DNA of 64,000 nt from Lama guanicoe (Eukaryota). The DNA is taken from the NCBI GenBank assembly GCA_013239625.1, contig MU053881.1:1550001-1614000 (forward strand), in the 5' to 3' direction. Positions within the stretch are counted from its first letter, which is position 1. The number at the start of each line of letters is the position of its first letter. This document shows positions 57,379 through 64,000 of the stretch, in pieces. The translations under genes were made by a program, and so were the position numbers. Under the pieces are notes generated by a model. It saw only the letters and a program-made list of their open reading frames with translations, made no database searches and was not told the DNA's origin.

Positions 57379-60134
57379 TTACAAAGTCACATTTGAGATG
57401 GGATTTTTATTCTGAAGTGATTACAGAAGTCAAAACAAAATCTTGCGTAGCTCATACTGCTCCTGAAAATCCCTCAGGTCACCCAGAAGATGCCAAATGT
57501 GCCCCCTCTCTAGAACCCCGCAGAGCTGGTGTTTGCTCCAGCGCTGGGAGGGGGAAGAAAACCAGCTTGGGCTTGCGTGCAGGAGCCTTCGAGTACTAGA
57601 AAGTACTTAGCCACCAAACTCCAGAAGCTCAGCTGGAGGTTCTCACCCCTCACAAGGCCCATGGGAGCCGAGGCCCATTGAGGATCAGGCGGACTCACGT
57701 CCCCGCTCATGTTCACTCCAGCGCATAAGTGAGCATATCTTTGGTATTTAAATCGTATACCTCTTGTCTTCCCCCAAACATGTGGAGTTGCCTGTGAGTC
57801 AGTGAGAATGCATCCCCACTGCACACCAGGGACGCCTAGGGACTGACTCCCACAGCCAGCGCCTTCCCGCTCATACCACCCCCTACCAGACCGGCTGGAC
57901 GGAAACAGGGCAGCCCGGTGCATATGGCCAAGCTGAGGCCTGGAGAGGGGCAAAATAAAGGCTTGGATGAGAAACTCATCATGTCTTCGACTGCCTGCAC
58001 GTCAGGGCAGGATCTGAGGCTGTGATAACAGGAGCATAATATCTTCAACAAGGGAGGGGATTATCCTGCTCCAGTCTGAAGCTTGACCTGAGGACTCAGT
58101 TCCAGGCACCCCGGTGTAGAGGGAAGGATGCTATCAGATGGGGCAGGACTAGAAGGTTGAGGAACGCTCGTCTCCTAGAGATGCAGAATTGGCTTGTGGC
58201 TTTGCCTGTCAATCACGAGCCTTTGTGAGGGGTGGTTGGGTTTGTTCCATATGGTCCCAAGGAATCATCTAGGGCTTAAATACATGGTCTCCACTAGACA
58301 CAAGCGACCATTTTATCTGGTGTCGGTGCACATGCGGGAGCCACCAGCTCTGGGAGGAGCATTCTGCTGCCCTGTCTCCTTACGGGGCCGGATGCTGCAG
58401 GACACCTTCCTCAGGATCTCCCAGGAGGACTTCAGCCTGGCGCGGTTTTGCGTGACTTGCTGCCTCTGGACCTAAGCCGCCGCACCACGCTGCGGGGTGT
58501 GAGTTGCACAGGCTGGGGCTGGGGGACAGCTCCTCTGTGCCCGGGGCACATCTGGTTGCTTGATTGGCCTTTCTTATCTCCCTGCGCCTCCCAATGTCAC
58601 AGAAATTTGGCTCAGAGTGAGCAGCCGAGGTGTCACTGTCCCGGGGGGCGCTCATACTGAGTGGGTCCGTCTGACTTCCCTGTGGACGCTCTCCGTACCG
58701 TCCGGCTGCCTCTGGGGTGGGGAGAGCAGAGGGCTCTGGGTGTCGGAAGTCGTAGTTAAGAGCATGGCCCCGGGAGAGAGCCTGCTTCCACTCAGGCGCC
58801 AAGTAGGAGCTTAACGGATGTGAAGTGAGCCTGGGTCAAGCTGGGTGAACTGAAGTAAGTCACCACCCGACTCAGGAGGCCAGGAGGAAGGCGAACCCTG
58901 CAGCTAGAGAGGGAGGCGGAGAAGGGGCAAGCCGGCTGAGGCTGCAGCCTGGGGGCGTGGAATGGAGGACGCAGACAAGACCAAGTGCTCGCCCAGCTCC
59001 TCCCCGAAGGAGAAAGGGAAAACCTCTACCTGAAGGTGCGTGGATGTTTCCAACATCCGGAAGCGGAGCTTACTCATTGGACAGTGAGGCCAGCTGCCCT
59101 GTGGCTACCTTCACGGTCCCCACCGAGTTTTGGAAAGCCCCAGGTCACTGAGGCAGGAAGAAGCAGGCAGGTCTACCCTCGCCACGTGGGGTTCCCTAAA
59201 CTGGACCCAACATGCCCCGTTTCACTAGGATGGATGCCCTCTGAGACCCGGGGAGAACCCCACCTCCCCAGAGGGCCAATCTCCCGCCAAGACTCTCTCC
59301 AAAGAGGGATGTGCTCCTGGCACTGGGCTGGGGTCACAGACACTCTGGTGGTTCTCACGGGGTGAGAAGCAGGGTGGAAGGATAATAGAGGGGACTGTGG
59401 GAGCCCCAGGACCTGGATACTGGAATCCAAGAGATGGGGATGCATTTCACAAAGGATCGACCATTGGGGTGATCTTAGAGGATGCACAGGCATTTTGCCA
59501 GGTCGTGGAATAAGGAAAGGAAAGGGGCAGAGGGTTAGGGGTCTGGGCCTGCAGAGGTGGGGGAGGGGAGAAAAGGAGAAGACAGGAGGAAATGAGTCTG
59601 GGTTTGTGCAGAGAACTTTAAATGTGTCATAAAGAGTTAGAACTTGACCCTGTAGGCTGCGGGCACAAAGTGGCAACCTCAGGCCAAACCCAGATTTAAG
59701 GTGTTGAGCTTCTGGGGTTTTTCAGCCTTGCGTTTTCAAAATAACTGAAGATATAGGACATTTCGCATCAAAAATCCTGATTTCTGATTTCTCTTGAAAA
59801 ATGGAAAGATCGGGAAACAGTCCTCCGTAACCACATAGTAGCTGCCCCTTTAGACAGGGTGTGTCATCTCCAGTGTGCCGCAGTCCCCACGACTCCTTAT
59901 TGTCTCTCTGGCCCTGAAATTGATGAACAGGCACCATTTACTCTGGGGCTTGCCCTCTCTTTTCTCCTAGTAAAGAAAGCCTCTGTCAAACCATCTCTGT
60001 CAAAAATCAAATCTAGACCCAAAAAAGGCCTGTCTTGTGATTTTTGCTAAGTGAGCCTCTTTCCTTTATCTGTGTAACCTGCTCGCGCCTATAGGCAGGA
60101 GAGTTTGAAACTCTGCCAGGGAGTCGGAGGGGGA

Positions 60135-60490
60135 GTCTGTCAGGATTCATGGTTGCGGACAACAGGACCCACTCCAGCTAATTTAAGAAAAAAGGAAAAA
60201 GAGTTTCCTTACAAAGGGATATGAAGCCCTAGGAGGAGGAGCTTCTGGGAGTGAACCGGCCTACCAGGGGCACGCCCGCCGGATCGGGAGGCCTCCTCAG
60301 CGCTGCTGGCTTAGACTCCCACTGCCTCAACCTGCAGATGGGCAGCCCTGAGCCCTGCCTCTGCCTCCGCCTAACTCAGCTCTGAGTGAGTCGGATGTGT
60401 CTGAGCCCTGGAACCCCACCTGCCCCTAGCCCCAAGACAGCGGGGAAGTCTGTGATCCGTGTTGGAAAGTTGGGTTTATACTATGGGAAA
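60135..60490. mobile_element. Old MLT1-type LTR remnant
   Basis: tcaggattcatggttgcggacaacaggacccactccagctaatttaag start typical of old MaLR LTRs. Confidence 0.5.
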
Positions 60491-62051
60491 GCATCCAAAT
60501 GTGAGGAGGTGATCAGAAGGTTTGGGACAGCCACACATGACCATGGACCACTCCAAGCTCCGGGGAAGGGGGTAGCTATGGCGTGTGGGAGGTCGCCCAG
60601 CGGGGACCTAACCCAGCCACCCACCTTGCATCCTGGGGTGGTCTTGGCCAGGAACTTCACACCACCAACTCTGCCTCCTGAGTTCCTAAACACAGGGGCA
60701 CTTCTCAAAGAGAAGACACCCCCTTCCAGCCCCCCGATGCCCAGGGCCTGGAGTGGTCCCTGGCAGGCTAGCTGGTCAGCCTCCTGGCCAAGTGTCTTTG
60801 CTCGGCTTTCCCATGCCCTCCTCCCAGCCAGCCACCCGGGCTGCCAGTCTGGGCAGCTGTGTTGCCCCTTCAAAACCCTTTGTTCTCTCCGTGGAATTCA
60901 GAGGAAGCCTCTGCCAGCTTGGAGACAGGGCTGGGCTATTTCCCAACAGCTGATAACAGACGGGATTAAGAGATGAAAAACCATGGAGGTGTCCCAGCTC
61001 TGTCTGAAATTGAGAAGCCAAGTGTATGTGTCCACACTTCTGGGCTTGTGGCATGTGTGCCCACCCCACCCTCCTGACAGTGGCTGTCTCTGCCCTCAGA
61101 GCCCTCCCCGAAGGACCCGGCCCAGTGTGGCACCATCGTCTGCTCTGAGGACCACTGATTCCCTGCGGGTCGTTTACCCAGGCAGCCCTGGGGGCTCAAC
61201 CTGGATTGTGAGTTCCTTGCCTCAGCCCCTGGTAGGCCCCAGGAGCCGGGCCTGTAGGGTCTCACGTAAGCTGCACAAGCCGAGAAGGTAAATGCCCGGT
61301 GATCCCGGGTTTACAGACCAGGAAACCGAGCCTCAGGGACATTAGGTGACCTGCCCAGGGCCACTCACCCAGTGAGTGGCCAGGCTGGGAGTCAGCCTCG
61401 GTCTATTTGGCTTCAAAGCCTCTCCCCCAACCCCCGAGACTATTGCACTGGCTGCCTGGTTAGGCTCTGCAGCTGTCTCTGCAGGACAAGCCCAGATGCA
61501 GCATCTCTGCCTTCCAGGAGGTTCTTTTGAGCAGGAAACATTCATCAGAGTCCACGGCCCACACAGAGCCACCTCAGGCTGGCCAAGCCAGTACCTCAGC
61601 CCAGGAAAGGGAGCAGCAAGGAAGGCATTGTGACAGCCGGGCCAGTGCCAGCTGTGACAGCTTGTGATGTGGGGCGAGTCACTTCTCCATGGACCTTGGT
61701 TTTCACCGTTCATTTGCATAATATTTCTGAGCTCCAGTTCAGATGCCAAGCACTAGGAAATAAGATAGACAGGCCCTAGCCTGTCAAGGAGCTTACATTC
61801 CAGCAGGAAGAAGGTCTGTGTGGTTAACCGGGACGCGGGGACTTGCGGTGAGGTCAGATATGTAGCCATGGGTCCGGCAACGTGGCGCAGGCCAGGGCGA
61901 GGCGGCGGGGCTCGACCTGGGTGCAGGGGGAGGTCTGGTGCCCTTGAGCAGAAGGCAGTGCCCTGAGTCACACAGAAGGCGGGAATACTGCTGCACGGGG
62001 CTGCTCTGAGGATTGAAGAAACCGAAGGAGGTCAAAGCTCACAGAGAAACA

Positions 62052-62738
62052 AGGAAAACAGTATGGAGGTTCCTTAAAAAACTGAAAATAGAGTAACCAT
62101 ATGATCCAGCAATTCCATTTCTGGGCATACATCCAAAGAAAACTCTAATTCAAAAAGACACATGCTCCCCAATGTTCACAGCAGCACTATTACAATAGCC
62201 AAGACATGGAAGCAGCCTAAAGGTCCATTAACAGATGACTGGATAAAAAAGATGTGGTGAAAATATGCAATGGAATACTACTCAGCCACAAAAAAGAATG
62301 AACTAATGCCATTTGCAGCAACATGGATGGACCAAGAGATTATCATACTGAGTGAAGTAAATCAGACAAAGGCAAATATCATGTGATATCACTTATATGT
62401 GGAATCAAAAAAAAAAGATACAAATTCTATTTACAACCCAAACACAGAGTCATAGAAAACAAACTATGGTTACCAAAGGGGAAGTAGTGGGAGAGGGATA
62501 AATTGGGAGTCTGGGATTAATACACATACCACTATGTATAAAATAAATAAACAACAAGGACTCACTGTATAGCACAGGGAACTATGTTCAGTTTCTTGTA
62601 ATAGCTTATAATAGAATTGAATCTGGAAAATATATATATATATGTATGTATATGTACACCTGAATCACTTTCCTGTACACCTGAAACTAACATTGTAGAT
62701 CAACCACACATCAATTAAAAATTTTTTAAATAAAAAAT
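62052..62738 (+). mobile_element. Lineage-specific L1 3' end
   Basis: ggaaaacagtatggaggttccttaaaaaactgaaaatagag...aatagccaagacatggaagcagcctaa...A-rich tail. Confidence 0.92.
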
Positions 62739-63954
62739 ACAGTATGTTTGGGGGCAGGATAGGGGGGTGGAGATGGTACCTCATAAATGACGTGGGCCTT
62801 TGAAAATGGGCAGGAAGGCAAGAGTTTCTAGGTCCTTCTCCCACAGCCCCCCCCACCAATAGAACAATACACGGGTCCCAAGAGTCCCCCAGAAGCCTAC
62901 AGCCAGCCCAGGGCCCCAGTTCCTGGGCCTTTCTACCACTGGCGCCATGTCACATGGGCAGCTGTGAATTACCTTTCATTTGAGCCTCATCCTGTGTCCA
63001 AACGTGGCCGAACTAAGACTGCCCGGGGAGGGTCCCAGAGAGGCAGGCGTGATGCAGGGCTGATAAGGGCCTCATGTGTGGAGTCTTTTGGGACTTTTGC
63101 TGGCTCTTATTCTGGTCAAGAAACAGCAGGCCTCTCCCAGTGGGGAGTGAGGAGGCTTGAGCGCTTTGTAGGGTCTTGGGTCGACTCCGCCTTGCTGGCA
63201 GGAGCCTGGGCTGGGGTCTTAGGGAGGCCAAGGCTGGCCCACTCCATCTGATGGGGTACGGCTGGGACTGAGGCTTCGTCAGTTGTCTGAGAAACGGAAG
63301 CTGCCTCTGGTGGAGTCTAAAGTCAAACACAGCAACTTTCCACCGTGGCTGGGTCATCCTCAGAAGAAATCAGATACAGACGTTTTTACCTGGGAATACA
63401 TTTGTCTTACAAAATTTGGAAATCAATTTGGCAGTGAACTTTCGGGAGGTTGCAGGGGACTCAGAGCAGAAAATCCAGCTGACACTTGAAACCTGAAATT
63501 GGCCACCTGGAGAAGGGCTTTCTGCCTGACAGTGCTCATTGGCTGAGGAACCTGAAATCTGATCCAGGACCCCCAAGGCAAGAGCCACTGGGCTGGCCAG
63601 GATCCTACACGCTCTTCAGTTTTGCGTAGCCCTCAGTCCTGCCCCGTCCACCTCGCAAATCCATCCTGCCCCCTCCACCGCTAGTCCCTGACCTGGGTTG
63701 GTGAGGCCCGTCACCTCCCTGCCGCTTTACTGCCAGAGGTGTCTGCCCATTTCCCGGCTCCCAGCCCTCCAGCGGCCTCTGGGACCATGGGCATCTGAGT
63801 CAACACACATTGTCAGGCCCTGCGCAGCCCAGGGAGCAGGGAGAGGGAGCTGGAAATTTGCAGCCAGTGCCCAGATGATTCTCCTGTTCGAGAACCGCCA
63901 GCCTGAAAGATGAACTACAAACTCCTTAACAATTGGGCTCTGCAGACATTTAGG

Positions 63955-64000
63955 TCAGGGCTTCTCAAACTGTGGTTCTGGACCAACAGCATCAAAATCA
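63955..64000. mobile_element. MER5-type element start (cut by window edge)
   Basis: cagggcttctcaaactgtggttctggaccaacagcatc. Confidence 0.65.

Larger units (their letters stand above)
50602..58471 (-). pseudogene. Candidate decayed multi-exon gene D (family unknown); may extend to the window end
   Basis: Candidate exons 58471-58384 (QNRARLKSSWEILRKVSCSIRP), 58042-57887, 57738-57699, ~56714-56632, 54984-54916 (AHRLNVQKWLNRNEFRG), 54424-54344 (HDFSSIFEIAKIIGGSHYNLWG), 52910-52839, 52341-52209 (RVIDVEKNIFTSPLIWFVLRDFHAW), 51527-51441, ~50830-50673 with AATAAA at 50607-50602. Confidence 0.42.

Overview
Mammalian genomic DNA, very probably camelid (camel/alpaca/llama), judged from nine copies of a tRNA-derived SINE of Vic-1 type and young cetartiodactyl-type L1 3' ends. 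I see no intact protein-coding gene, and none of the six-frame ORFs is convincing on its own. Much of the window is interspersed repeat (L1, SINE, MIR/L2, MLT1, a solo ERV LTR, Tigger and hAT MERs). Reading the minus strand for splice sites gives four tandem chains of phase-compatible but lesioned exons (in-frame stops, frameshifts, AG->AA/GG acceptors), which I interpret as a cluster of decayed, probably unitary, pseudogenes: D (~58.5-50.6 kb, unknown family), A (46.6-34.3 kb, ankyrin-like repeats), B (33.0-31.3 kb, signal peptide plus PAN/apple-like cysteine pattern) and C (26.1-11.4 kb, PH-like domain, Tyr-motif linker, possible kinase-like tail). The window also holds a ~0.9 kb inversion between two head-to-head L1 copies with swapped target-site duplications, a short L1 3' transduction, and an old inverted duplication flanking one dead exon. 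All domain names are by-eye pattern matches and need HMM and synteny confirmation.
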